Assembly (NCBI RefSeq): GCF_021028975.2
Contig: NC_059433.1
Span: 90,954,001-91,018,000 of the forward strand
Reading direction: 5' to 3'
Origin: Sphaerodactylus townsendi
Taxonomy: Eukaryota
DNA: 64,000 nt
Shown here: positions 12,359 through 25,230 of the stretch, one piece after another
How positions within the stretch are numbered: the first letter of the stretch is position 1
Layout: every line of letters begins with the position of its first letter
Program-made: the position numbers and the translations under genes
The notes under the pieces: generated by a model
The model's input: the letters and a program-made list of their open reading frames with translations, nothing else
What the model was told of the DNA's origin: nothing
The model's database searches: none

Positions 12359-14291
12359 AAGAGAGATTATGGTAGTCAGAAACTAGAAGAGATTAGTGTT
12401 GTAGAAGACTGGCCGGTAGGAACTTCTTTATGAACTCATTAGCATACTCTTTGTTACAAGGTGGGGTGGGGTATGCTGAGGCTGGAGGTGGGAGCTGGCT
12501 TCCCAAGCTGAAGGCATTGTTTTTTTCCTTAATCTCTTTAGGAAAAGGCATGTCAGGCTTGTTTTGCAAGCTGATGTTAGCAGGGACTATTCCAGGCAGG
12601 ATTCTTTCCTTGTAGATTAAACTTAGTCAATGCAGAGAATGGTGCCCATCTTGCCACTACATCTGTAAGCCACTCCAAGGGTTGGCAGAATGGGTAGAGA
12701 CAATGTTGTCCTAAAAAAAACCCCTAGGGGCTTCTCCAAACACCATGGTTCTGTCTGGTAACAGTGGGGCTCATAGAGATTCTCCCTGATCTGAAATGCC
12801 CCCAAGGACCATTTGCCCTGTAGCAGGACTGTAATGTGTAAAGTGTCGGTACATGTGTGAAGTGTTGGTACATGTGTAGCCACCAGTCAGGCAAATAGTA
12901 TGGTGGAGAAAGTCTAAGTTCCCTCTTGCCACGTGTCCATCCAGATCATGCCCATATGGGCCTGGGTTGTCTGGAACCTTAGAATATGCTTTCCCACCTG
13001 CCCTGGGATCTTCCCTGAACAAAGCAATTCTAAGAAGAGTTACACCTTTTTAAGTCCCTTGGAATCAATGGGATTAGAAGAATGTAACTGTACACTCTAA
13101 GGACATAATGAACCCTGCTTTGATTTGCATTTTGGAGATTGTTTCTATCGCCTGAAACCACATTTTTGGGCATAAATATTAATCCAATAGAACATGTATT
13201 AATCCTCAGAATAGTATATATGCCTTTGTGCCCTTTCCTAAAATCTCTTGGGCAACAGTAGATGTCACTGTAGCCAATGTCACAGGAATATGCAAGAGAA
13301 GAAATGGAGCAGTGGGGTTGCACAAAAAATAAAAAGTAATGTAATATTATTGCCAATGGACAGAGCTTTTCTTGCTTATGTCAGTCTCCCCAGTTAGGGA
13401 GATGCATTGGAGAATTCAGGAGATGCAATCACAGACAAAAAAGCCTTTGAATTATATTTTAATTATATTGGTATTCCTTGGTGAGACAATTATTAGGAAA
13501 GAAGGATAACGCTGTTAAGGCACCGGGTTGGGTGTTGCATGACTAGGGCTGGGAGGGGATATTTTTCTTCACTAGTTTTCCAGTGGCCATTTCCTTGGCT
13601 AGTTTCCTTTGCAAGACAAGGCAGATCTCAGTTTAAAATCTGTTTTTATTAATGATTTAATAGGTGATTGTAGCAAAGCAGCCTATCTTATATCATCATA
13701 AAAATTCCAACACAAAAAAAATCAAGCAAATGAACTTGCTAAAATTTGACTCCCAATCTTCAATCGAGTGCATTGTTTTGCAGAAAAGCAAGAATCACAA
13801 GATCAGTGGAATACACATTTATGCAACATCTGTGGTTGTTTTTGACTTCAAAGGAAATGGTGGGGTTTTTTGGGTTGTGGACAAATCATGAGATGGTCTC
13901 ACACACTTCTTATTTTTAGTTGGAACCCCTTCCCTTTTAAAAAAAACGCTGTATCATAAACTGAATAAATCTGAAAACCTAGCTACATTTGTTCCGCCCA
14001 CACAGCAACTCTCATGCAAGTAGGCAAAGCAAAGCAAGACTCAAGCATTCTCCAGTGGGTATATAGCACCCTAGGCTATAGTAAAGAGTGCTTAGACAAA
14101 GTGCTTTTACTTCCTCTATAGCTCACTTCAGAAAATACAGTCTAGGTAACAATAACACGTGTAGTAGAAAGAGGACACTGGCCTTGCCTCACCTATACAT
14201 GACAGACATGTAAAATTTCCAGAAATGTTGAAGCTATAGGGGGGAAAGAATAGGCTGGCTGCAAGGGAATTTAAATAAACACAACATTTAC

Positions 14292-14588
14292 TGAGGTGCT
14301 GGGTGGTTTCTGGGCTGTATGGCCGTGTTCTAGCAGCATTCTCTCCTGACATTTCGCCTGCATCTGTGGCTGGCATCTTCAGATCCAGGAGAGAATGCTG
14401 CTAGAACAACTTTGCTTGTCTCTCAGAGGCGTTCCTCCCATTGGGCAAAGTGGGCAGTTGCCCAGGGCGCCCCCTTGTGGGGGGCGCAAAAACTGCAGGT
14501 CAGGAGAGAATGCTGCTAGAACACGGCCATACAGCCCAGAAACCACACAGCACCCCAGTGATTCTGGCTGTGAAAGCCTTCGACAATG
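14292..14588. mobile_element. Composite inverted Penelope insertion
   Basis: Minus arm ~14292-14383; plus arms 14386-14408 and 14499-14588; 10-bp direct repeat caacatttac at 14282-14291 and 14589-14598. Confidence 0.85.
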
Positions 14589-15307
14589 CAACATTTACAT
14601 TTACTTCTTATCAATCCTAAAATTATATAACTGCTTTAGCAACATGTAAGTAACATGCATAATTCAGTCAACATATACAATTGTATTTTGGCAGATTTAT
14701 GTAGTTTAAAAGTGTGTAAATACCTCAGTTTTCTACAAGCAAAATGGCAAACATATCCAATACTTGAGGGGGAGTTGGAGCTTTATAAACTGCTATATGC
14801 CATGCTACTTCAGCACATGAATATTAATTTTTGCTGTTTGAGAAATAGGAAAAATGGAAATTGGAGCTGGGAAACAAAAGCAAGTGTATTATTTGGACAG
14901 AACAGTAGGACTAGCAACATATGTGGATGATATGTTCAGTTTTATAAAGAAAACTTTGAACTCTAGTAATGTATTATCTTCAAACATATTTTAGAATATT
15001 AGTTGTTGCTGAAATTATTCACATTAGACCATAAACATATCCTTTTTTGTATGGTTAATATGTCTACAATATATATATAGGAATTGTTATTATTTAGTGC
15101 TGTACATTCTTACATAAACGTTTTCATGTTACCTGTTTTAAGTAAATGAAATCTTACCTTAGAAAGAATTTTTATTCCAAAAGGAAAAAAAAAGGAGTTT
15201 ATGTAGCATTCTCCAAAACATTTCAATTTTATATTAGAAAATGGAGAAGTCATCCCGGGAAAATCTGCCCCCCCCCCTCAATTTTAGGAGTCTTTGCATG
15301 CTTTTAG

Positions 15308-15577
15308 AGCCAGCATGGTGTAGTGCTTAAGAGTGGTAGACTATAATCTGGAGAACTGGGGTTGACACCCCATTCTTTCAAACAAAACCTGCTGGGTGAC
15401 CTTGGACTAGTCACAGTTCCCTCAGAATTATCTTAGCCCCACCTACTTCGCAAACTGTTCACTGTGTGTGCGTGCGTACACGCTCGCTCATGCGGGGAAC
15501 AGAAGGCAATGGTAAGCCACTTTGAGACTCCTGATGGTGGAGAAAAGTAGGGTATAAACACCAATTCTTCGTCTTCT
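15308..15577 (+). mobile_element. Squam3-like SINE (short subtype)
   Basis: agccagcatggtgtagtgcttaagagtggtagac head, ctgctgggtgaccttgg core, ttcttc tail. Confidence 0.85.
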
Positions 15578-15607
15578 AATGTATCATCACTGGAATGGGG
15601 GCTCTGC

Positions 15608-15742
15608 CAGTGGTGGCTCTGCCAGAGGTTCGCACCACTTCGGCGGAACCAGTTGTTATAACGGTGCTTGGAAACAACCAGTTATCAAATTATTTGAATC
15701 CCACCACTGGAACCAGTTGTTAGATTATTTGAATCCCACCAC
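15608..15742. mobile_element. hAT-like MITE remnant (CAGTGGTGGGATTC-type ends)
   Basis: cagtggtgg at left, duplicated attatttgaatcccaccac at right; related to 54313-54704. Confidence 0.6.
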
Positions 15743-15743
15743 A

Positions 15744-15778
15744 TACACTTGATCTTAGCCAAAAGGCTGACAAGCATT
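15744..15778 (-). pseudogene. RNU2: 3'-truncated U2 snRNA retro-fragment (nt 1-35)
   Basis: Minus strand aatgcttgtcagccttttggctaagatcaagtgta vs U2 ATCGCTTCTCGGCCTTTTGGCTAAGATCAAGTGTA, 31/35 identical. Confidence 0.9.
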
Positions 15779-16397
15779 GACCCTGACTCTGTGATTGGAA
15801 ATGTTCAAAAAAGCAGAGCCTATGCAGAAAGAAGATAGTTTCCCAACATTTTGCATGAGATGATTTTGTCAGTGTGTTCTGCCTTTGAGGAACAGGACAA
15901 TATTAATTTAGGCATGTGTGGTAATTCCCATTCATATTTTAGAAATTCCCAGAGTATAAAGATCACCGTGGCAATGAAGAATGCAGCTATGCTTAATGAG
16001 ACATGTATAAAACTGGTACATCACCACCTATTTAACTATACCAATAATATTATGTGTACTCCTTAAGGCTGAATATGATTAAACATTTCCAGCATGCATA
16101 AATGAGCAGTGATCTTTATTATTTTTATGCACAGATGCATTAATTTGATGTGCAGATCAGAATTCCCCAGAATGTCTGAAAAAGTGATACTTTTACTGAT
16201 CTTTAAGAAAGAAGATGACCTCGGATTCATGATAGCCAGGGGGCTGAGTCTGCCAAAGTCAGAATGCAAGGGTTTGTTATTCTCAGTGCATGTTAAAGGC
16301 AAATGTTTTCCAGCATTCTACTTAGGATCAGGATCTAAAAGAGGATGAATTGCACAGCTGTGCTTTTTCTATTGTAAATGATGGAAGAAGAATGCAT

Positions 16398-16590
16398 TGT
16401 TCAATTGCAACTGACTCATGGCAACCTCATCTATGGGACATTCCAGACATGAGACAAGCAAAGGTGGTGTGCCATTGCCTTCCTCCACACAGTAACCCCA
16501 GTCATCCTTGGTGGTCGCCCATCTAAGTAGTGACCATGACCAACTCTGCTTAGAGCCTAAAGCCCAATGAGCTTAGACTAAGCTGTGCTA
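16398..16590 (-). mobile_element. 5S-headed Sauria-tailed SINE
   Basis: aggtggtgtgccattgccttcct and ggtggtcgcccatctaagtagtgacc...ctgcttag. Confidence 0.7.
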
Positions 16591-19500
16591 GTCAGGCTGG
16601 TATTAAAAAAACCCCTGCCTTTTGTTTTTTTACTGCTCTCCCAGCATGAAGTGATATGATGAATTTAGGATGCAATTTAGAAACATCCCATTTGAGGCAA
16701 ACTTGTCCCAAATGTGCTGTCCCTGAGCTCCAACCATATGGGGTCTTGTTGTGGTCACAGAAACATGGAACAGCTTCTAAGATTATTCTGATTATGTGCA
16801 TTGCAGGCAGGTATTCTACAGTAGGTGCAGCAGAGTGTGTACCATAATATAGCTGAATACTGCCATGGGAAGCACTAGAAGCATATCTAGGAAAAATGTA
16901 GCTCAGTGCAAAATCTGAGTTTTCCATGACCCCCCACATATGGGCGGCCACCCTCCTGCACCAGTGTATGGAGTATGAAGTCAGTGTATGGACTGGGGGG
17001 AGGAGGAGGGGTATGGGGAGTGATTTTCAGCCCCCCCGTGACTAAATGGCTGCAGCTCAGGGACATTTGACTCCATATGTCCCCCTGGGTGGGACACCCC
17101 TGGGAAGCACATGGTACAGGATAGAACCACCAGGGTCAGCCTTTTTGACAGGCAAGGCAAACTCTAGATCTGTTCTGAAGAGACATTGGGCTGGGGATCA
17201 TCTGCTTTATGGAAGACACATGCCAACATCCATTTCTGCTTCACTTAATGTGAGAGGGTGTTGTTTGAAATAACAGACTGTGAGAAGCTCTTTAAAGTTG
17301 CAACTCAAATTGCAGTCCTCATTATATTCCATTCTTGTTCCTCTCTAGAATTGCATGCTCGAATGACAGAGGGAATAGGGATTTTGGACACATAAGGTAC
17401 ATGTGAAGTTCAGCCGACTCAGATGACTTCCCTTTGTAACCTTCCTTAATAGGAACATAAAAGTATCATTGGCATGTCTGGTAGAGAGCTAGAAAAGCAT
17501 CCCCCAAAGCCGAAATGGTTTTCATTCTTTTTCAAATTACTTCTGACATTAAACTTTGCCCTTGTTCAAGCTCAAACTAACAACACATTCATCTTACTGA
17601 AGTCTAATAGCACAGTTTGGAAGGAATTCTGCAGCTTGAAAAACACCAAGGATATCAATTTAGATATGGGAAAGTAATTGCGTGTGTATATTTATGAGTG
17701 TCTTCTTTTCAAAAATAAGACATTGGTCCAGATTCAAGGTTGACTCTCAAGACAATTTGGTGCCTGCTATCCCTTTGCAGGTCAACTCCTCACTGTATCT
17801 AGGCAGTCATGATTTTGGTTCCAAGCCCACTGATGAAGAAAAATCACTCAAATGAGAATCAGTAAGTAATTTCAAAGACATATTTTCAGGAGTGCTAAAA
17901 TAAGACAATGTTGTCAGGAATTCAGCTGGACTAACCTGTATTCTCACCTCTAAAGATGGCTCTTTTGGATTCATGCCAGTTATGCTCAGGATGGAGACAG
18001 AAGGAGATGTTCATAGGATAACTTAACTTGATTTGTTTGGATGTTTACTTTCTGGTCTATCTCAAAGAGGGGGAGAGATTAACAGTACATCAAATCATGA
18101 ATTGAAGCCAGTCTTTCAAATTAAATACATACAGTTTCAATAACACACACTGAAGCATAAAATGGTTATTTAGTTCTTTAGTTGCAACTTGGCAGTGCAA
18201 ACAAAACCTTCCTCAATTACTTCTTAAAAAACACAGTAGCAAAAACATGTCATTTCATTCAACGATAACAAAATGTGCAAAGGTAGTATCAGTGCAAGGA
18301 CTGACTTGCAGGATTAGGTTTCCTTTCTACCTGCTGAATATAATGTGATGTGCATTTGTACATGTGGAATACTATGCTGGCTTTCTCCATTCGTTCTATG
18401 AGATGTCAGAGGAGACCCTGAATATGAACAAGAAAAGGACATGCTTTGACTTTGCATATGACCATATAATCTGTCCGGACAACAGGAAGGACAGAGCATA
18501 AGAAAGATTATCTATCACTCGGAATGCACAGCTGTGTTAATATGCACATCACCCAGAGGGTTGTCAACTAGGATTACAGCAATTGATCTGAATGTGCCCC
18601 TCGAGCCCTTTGTGCCATTCTGCTTGTTAAACTGCCCCTTCATATGAATTACAGGTCACAGTGCTCTGGTACCTCCAAAGCTCTAAGCAAAAACTAGAAG
18701 GAAACTAGTGGTAGCTCTAATGTCACTGACATTAACTGGAAATCCTCTGGAGCCATGAAAAGGACCTACAGTGTTACCAAAACTAAGCAGCCCATAACCA
18801 CTGGTGTGTGTTTCACTGGTTCTCACATTCAAGTGTGGGTTTCCAGCTGGGATGATTAGTTGTTGGTTCATTGGTTGTGATCACTGAAGCTGAACATCCA
18901 ACGGACAATTCGTCAGCATCCAAATGTGTCAAATGTGTCCAGTTGCTCGGAAAGATGATTGTGTGTGTGAGTGCATACTGCGCCTTCTCACAGCCACCAC
19001 CTTTCATGCCACTGTATCTGGTGCTAACACCGGGCATTTCTGCACAGCACAAATAAAGCATCTTGCAAATGTTTTTAAAAGAACTGTTTTTGCTTTATTT
19101 TGTCTGCATAGTGTGAACAAAAAAAAGCATTGCTAAGGAAAGTAGGTCTTTTCCCTACCTCCTCCCCCCCACTAGCTCTCACTTCCATTTTTGCCACAGC
19201 TCGTGCCCACCGTTTTCTCCTACTTGTGATTCACGCCACCCACCATTGGGTGAAGTTTTCCCTCAGAAGTTTCCTTGCAGCTCATCTGCCCATCATTTCC
19301 GTGTAAAAAGTACATGAATAAAGTTAGTTTTAATGGCCAATTTGGCGCAAGTGTTGTTTTCTTTTGTTTTGTTTTGAGGGTGGTGTCTTTGAAGCTACAT
19401 CAACTCAAAATGTGTGCATGTTCAGGATTCTCATATTGTATCATTGTAGTTTTAAAGACACCTCCCTCTGAACAAAAAAGAGGGAAAATGGCACATGTGA

Positions 19501-20106
19501 CAAATGAGCAGTCAAAACTAACTTTATTCATGTACTTTTTATGTGGAAGTAGGGCATATCAATTGATGGACTATGATCCCAAAGGCTATACACTATCTTC
19601 TCCAGTGCTCAAGACCAAATTCACTGATTCTGAATTTTTGGCTGGAATTCTATGTACAGGCCTTATAACACGGAAAAATGGGTACAAGTTGTCACATGTT
19701 GCAACACAGAAGTAAATCAAACTTATGTAAAGCATGACCAAGCCTGTCACTTCATAGCACAATCAGCTATTGTGCAGTCTCGAATCTGCTTTGTTTGAGC
19801 TGAATGTCAAACAGCAGCATCTGTCTTATCTCTCATTCTGAATGCATAGGGCCATCTATATTCATATATTCACATACCAGTGAGTTGTCTTCTAGGATGG
19901 CATTTGACCTCAGCCCTTTGTAATCCTGGGAGGGAGTCTGACTGGTGTGTAAGTGAGGAATTTGATCAAGGAAAATTCAGCTGACATTCATATCAAAGTT
20001 CTCAGCATCCCTAGTTCCTGGTCAGGAAAAGTATCATGTACACTATTGAAATGTCTAACTTTCTTTGAAATCTGGTGAACAGTATAAATAGCAATGGAAC
20101 CACTGT

Positions 20107-20376
20107 GAGCAGCAGTGGCATAGTGGTTAAGAGCAGGTGTACTCTAATCTGGAGGAACTGGGTTTGATTCCCTGCTTTGCCACCTGGGCTGTGGAGGCTT
20201 ATCTGGGGAATTCAGATTAGCATGTGCATTCCAACACACGTCAGCTGGGTGACCTTGGGCTAGTGACAGTTCTTCTGAGCTCTCTCAGCCCCACCTACCT
20301 CACAGGGTGTTTGTTGTGAGTGGAGGAAGGGAAAGGGGTTTGTCAGCCCCTTTGTGTCTCCTATAGGAGAGAAAGG
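20107..20376 (+). mobile_element. Young Squam3-like SINE (long subtype) running into the gap
   Basis: gcagtggcatagtggttaagagc head; highly similar to 41773-42063 and 44395-44652. Confidence 0.9.
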
Positions 20377-20532
20377 NNNNNNNNNNNNNNNNNNNNNNNN
20401 NNNNNNNNNNNNNNNNNNNNNNNNNNNNNNNNNNNNNNNNNNNNNNNNNNNNNNNNNNNNNNNNNNNNNNNNNNNNNNNNNNNNNNNNNNNNNNNNNNNN
20501 NNNNNNNNNNNNNNNNNNNNNNNNNNNNNNNN
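20377..20532. other. Assembly gap (156 N)
   Basis: Run of n. Confidence 1.
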
Positions 20533-23086
20533 TGCATCCTTCTCAGTAAGCAGATGGTAGTGTATTGCCTTCAGGGAGCACCTCAAGGATTGGCCTGGGA
20601 GAATCACAGAACAGTTTGTTTAAAGTGTATACTATATTAACAGTACAGTTACACATATCCGTTTATATGTATTAGCCAACGACTTTCTCGTAGCAGTTTA
20701 TTATTTTGTAGGACAAAGGCCTGTCTGTTGGTATAGCCAGCTCACTGAACTTCATTGAAAAAGGACACAAAATAGTATTTCTGTATAGTATTTTTACTGC
20801 ATTTAGTTCAGTCTTTATATGAGGTGATCCTTTCTTAAAAGGTATAAACACTCACGTTACTTTTCACTGTTGTTCATAATGAAGTTATTTGTTGAAACAA
20901 GTAGTAATTATTTTCTTGATACCTAAATATTGCACATTTTCCCTGCAAGGGAACAGGGAGGCATTTAGAATGATGCTGGTGAAGAATGTCTACTGATTTC
21001 AACAGGTCAGGCTATAGAGCTTATTGTAAGACCTATGAAGTGTCAATGACGGTGGCAAATAAATGCTATTATTGCAAAAGCTAGTTCACAACATTGCAAT
21101 TGCTCAAGGTAGCTCAACATCTGCTGACTCCTAACTCTGAGTCTTTATTGTCTCAGGAACAGACAATTATTTTGAAACTTTTTTTGCTACTGAAGTATCA
21201 AGAATGCACTGTGTTCTAGATGACAATTTTAATATAGGTCCACCAGAAGAAATGGCTAACACCAACTTGTATATTAATGGACCATTTTAACCCAGTTTCC
21301 ACAATGGATATTGATAAGAACCTGGGATTGGTGAAGACCTTTTTTGCACCCTAGAATAGATCCTTCCTTTGCTCAGGTTCATTAACATGGTGCTGTAAAA
21401 TCATGTAAGGACCACATAAGTGCCTTTGACACAGCTAGAGGAAGACTTCAGATTTTACTTAAAGAAATGGTAGGATACATGCCAATGAATGCTGGAAGTC
21501 TGAACAACAAGTATCAATATTGATATCTTTTAATCTATTGCCAATCATCTTTATCTCTTTCAGAGTATTTGGCAGCCATAATTTCTTTCCTCAAAAGAAC
21601 CCCAAAATTCTTTTATTTCGCTGCCAATAATGAATTTCTGCAGTTCTGAAGAATCCTTTTTATATGTAGTCTTTTATGACCAGATTTGAAAATGTTTTGT
21701 TGCTGTAATAAAACTGATCTGGGGGAACAAAAGAGGAAGCCATGGTTAGCTTCAGGTCATAGGAAGTCCACTGCCCCTGCCCCCCCCCTCCAACCCAGCC
21801 ACAGTTGCTTTCTCTCTGGTTTGGAGGAAAGTTTATCATAGCTTTGTTCCTCCTCAACTGTGGCTAACCTAGAATGAATGGAGTACAACTCTCACATTCT
21901 TTTAGCCTCAGCAGTGCCAATAGACCTAAAAAGGAGAATGAAAGAGTTCAGCTATAGGTTGTTTCCTCCATTCTTGTAAAGAACTTGGGCTTTCCCCATG
22001 TTTGGAAACGTGTCTGCTGAACAAATACAGATGCTTTCTGAATTTTCTACAGCTTATGTTTGCAAGAGAGGGCTGATCTCTTCAAAACCTACTTAACCTT
22101 TTTTTATCTCCTCATTTCTTTATTTTAGTGATGCCATGGTAGAAGTGGAATCATCAAGAAAGATACAAAGTCGGCATACTTGGACTCCTTTCTTGTTGTC
22201 AAGGACCTTCTTCCCTTTCTTAAGTTATCTCAGAAAGGTAGTACTGTAGTGGAACTGAGTTTTTTTCCATTTTGTCTCCTATTGAAATGTTTCCAATCGA
22301 CAACTTGTTAAGCTGCTTCTGAGCTTGTTGAGAAACAATTCCTTTGTGTAAATTGGTTCTACCGATAGCTCTTTTTAATGTAATGAGACCTCAGGTAAGA
22401 AGCCTCTTCTACGACAAGGAACGTGTATCTAAGTAGCAGCTGTGCAGGAAATAGGAGAGTGCTAGAAAAACTAAAGTTTTCATGAAAGGAATCAAGTCTG
22501 ACATTTGATTCTGGTTCTGTAAAGCAGATTCTCCCTTCATAGATTAAACTTCAGTAAATTGTCCAAGTTCTTTGTATGCATTTGTTCCTTTTCTATCATG
22601 AAGATGTCCTTTTGATTGGTAGAGAACAGTGTTGGCATCTTGGCTGAACAATCCTTGTGGTTGTCCCATAAAGACTAAATGATAGCTGATCCCCCACTTG
22701 GAAGGGGACGCCATTAAGAGGTTTAAGATGTAAGTAATCTCCATGTTTTTTTTAAAAAATTGTCATGCAATTTAAGAAACATTTGCTAAGCACTTTCATT
22801 TCTTTTTGTTGGAGATGTCTCCATGTTGCACAGTCTGTGGAAGATGTCTTGTCTAGAGAAATCCAATGGCTTCATCCCTATTGCATGAAATGAAAGTGAG
22901 TTCACTTGAAGTACAGTGTGCCCTTTCATGGCACTTCAGCACTGGGACCTATTCCTCCTTATGACTTCTGCCTAACGCCACTCCACAATGAAGAAAAGAC
23001 TGAGCAAGTTAATAGACAATAGTGGGAAGGAGGGGCAACCACTTCCTAATACTAGTATCCCTGATCCCTACTGCTAACCAAGAAGG

Positions 23087-23239
23087 TAGGGTTTGCCAGC
23101 CTCCAAGTGGGCCTAGAGATCTCTTGGACATACAACTGATCTGCAGACTACAATGATCAGTTCCCTCCCCAAAATCTGCCCTCCTTAGATTCCAACCCCA
23201 GATCTCACAGAACTTTCCAACCTGGAGTTGGCAACTCTG
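23087..23239. mobile_element. hAT-like MITE (TAGGGTTGCCA TIR family)
   Basis: tagggtttgccagcctcc ... ggagttggcaactct; relatives at 49981-50170, 52497-52707, 55560-55788, 61680-61854. Confidence 0.7.
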
Positions 23240-24139
23240 CCAGAGGTAGAGGAGAAGATACAGTAGAACAATAGCAGAGGCTCCTCTTTGAAACTGTTGC
23301 TCATTTGCCAGACTTCTCCGTCTGGATAGCACTGAGGACTAGCTCCAGAAGTTCAAGAGAAGTCGGCATTAAGGCAGAGAAGGGGAAAGAGCAGCATCGG
23401 AGTCTCTGTTTGGTGGGGGGCTTTTGCCACAACACTGGCCCTACCACAATCGGACTGTTGGCTGATGCCAGCCGCAATGTCTTCTGGCAGAGCTACATGC
23501 TGGATTGGCACAAATGCTATGTATGCTTTAAGGCAAGGCAATGTTTAGCGGTTCACATTGTCTCAGGTAGGGAAGGAATTTAATTATGTCACTTTTGCCT
23601 TGAGTGGATAATATCAGAGTTAAGGTCATAAGTGACAATAAAAGGCCATAAAGCTGCAACCTTGGTCAACTGCTGTTCTACAAAAATCTTCTTAGTCACA
23701 GCTGCCACCATAAAGCTTTTAAATCAACAGATTAATAATTGACCCTGAGCTGTGAAGTGCTGGCACTCTACAAGACCAAAAAAAAAAAAAAAAGGGGGGG
23801 GGGAGCAATATGTTGGTGTTTTTAGTGACTGCTGCAGTGTTCATGGTATCTTTTGTAACAGCAATTTAGCTGAATTTGTTAATTCTCACTGATACCTTCA
23901 CAGTGTGAGTTTGGTAGAAATGTTTATTAAAATCAAATTCTGGAAGCATTGTGCAACAGTTGTATTCTGCCTAGCTTTGGGAAATTTGGGTTAAGCCACT
24001 TGTTTGGAGACTTCAGCATCTGCTAGGTTTTTAGTTGCTTAATTAAATTGAGTTGGATTTTTATAGATTGTTTTTATATTTATTTTCTAATGATTTCCCA
24101 CCCTGAGAAGAGAGGGATAAACACATGAATCACAGCCTA

Positions 24140-24230
24140 GAGGGGCCGTGGTTCAGTTGCAGAGGCTGGCCACTGCATGAAAAAGGTGTGAAGTTCAGTT
24201 TTTGCATCTTTCATTAAAATATTCCAGGTA
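24140..24230 (+). mobile_element. Squam2-like SINE head, degenerate
   Basis: ggggccgtggttcagttgcagag...gcatgaaaaagg...gttcag. Confidence 0.5.
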
Positions 24231-24707
24231 ATATCTATTGTGTAGGAATGACAGAAAGTTCCCTATGTTTTTATTGTTGCAGACTGATTCAGCTCTTCAC
24301 TTTTCACTGCTGGTTTTTGAATCTGTATTATTTGTAATTTGTATACAAGTTGAACAATTTTAATGGCAATTCACACATAGAAAATATGTCATTTATATGT
24401 TTACTATATAAATTATACTGACTTGTAATGCCTAAATAATGTTGGAAAATGTGCAAGGAACAGAAAATGGTGCAAAAACAATCAGACAAATAAGAAATGA
24501 AATCAGAATAGGAATGTTCAGGTCAAAATAGCAAGAATGAGATACTGAAAATAATCCAAGTATTGGGGGAAGGCATTTCCATTGCTAGTCAGATGAGTTT
24601 ATACCAGGCTAGATGGACTGATAGTTACTCCAAGCTAAACCTATCGAGGTCACTAAAATCATATTCTTGCCCTTCTGAAATAAAGCAGGTTCATATAATA
24701 AGTGCCT

Positions 24708-24910
24708 TGACCTGATTGGCCCAGGCTAGGATGATCCTCATAGATCTCAGCAGATAAGCAGGGTTGGTTTTGGTTAGAATTTGGTTAGAAGATCACCAAG
24801 GAATTATAGAGATCACTATGCAGGGGAAGGCAATGACAAACCACCTCTATTAGTTTCTTGCCTTGAAAATCTACAGGGTCATCATAGGTTGGATGGGGCT
24901 GGGTGGCCCT
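24708..24910 (+). mobile_element. 5S-headed Sauria-tailed SINE
   Basis: gatctcagcagataagcaggg...tggttag and ggaaggcaatgacaaaccacctct...cttgccttgaaaa. Confidence 0.75.
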
Positions 24911-25039
24911 TTATGCACACATATGATACGTACATATGAATTCTTCTTGTTATTTTTGTTGGATTGGCTTTGTCCTGTCTTCAATTCCATGAACATTTCC
25001 ATGAAGTTTTGCTTGGCAAATTTCTACAATTAATTTGAT

Positions 25040-25230
25040 GTAGCTTGAATAGCCTGAACTTGCCAGAGCTTGGAAACTAAGCAGGATTCACTATGGTTCA
25101 TTCTTGGATGGGTAGCTATGCAGCTATGGGTAGCTATGCATAGCTATGGGTAGCTATGCAAACCTCTTCTGTTCATTTTTTGCCTTGAAAACCCCATGAA
25201 AAGGTGCAGCGAGTTGGTTGTGGCTCCACA
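25040..25230 (+). mobile_element. 5S-headed Sauria-tailed SINE with rearranged middle
   Basis: ggaaactaagcagg...cttggatggg and tgccttgaaaacccc; centre replaced by tagctatg repeats. Confidence 0.6.

Noticed and set aside
12398-13021. Possible solo LTRs here and at ~45778-46190
   Set aside because: TG...CA-like ends but no matching TSD and no second copy in the window
17781-17861. Plus-strand candidate exon (tttgcag|...|gtaagt)
   Set aside because: The most plausible frame has a stop; splice-like motifs alone are insufficient
18331-18417. 87-bp minus-strand candidate exon (ttcag|...cag|gtagaa)
   Set aside because: One frame is open but the peptide is unrecognisable and there are no partner exons
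21150-22900. Endogenous viral element or host exon (acceptor-like site at 22128)
   Set aside because: Translations are stop-ridden with only faint resemblance to an ancient LINE ORF2; needs tBLASTx
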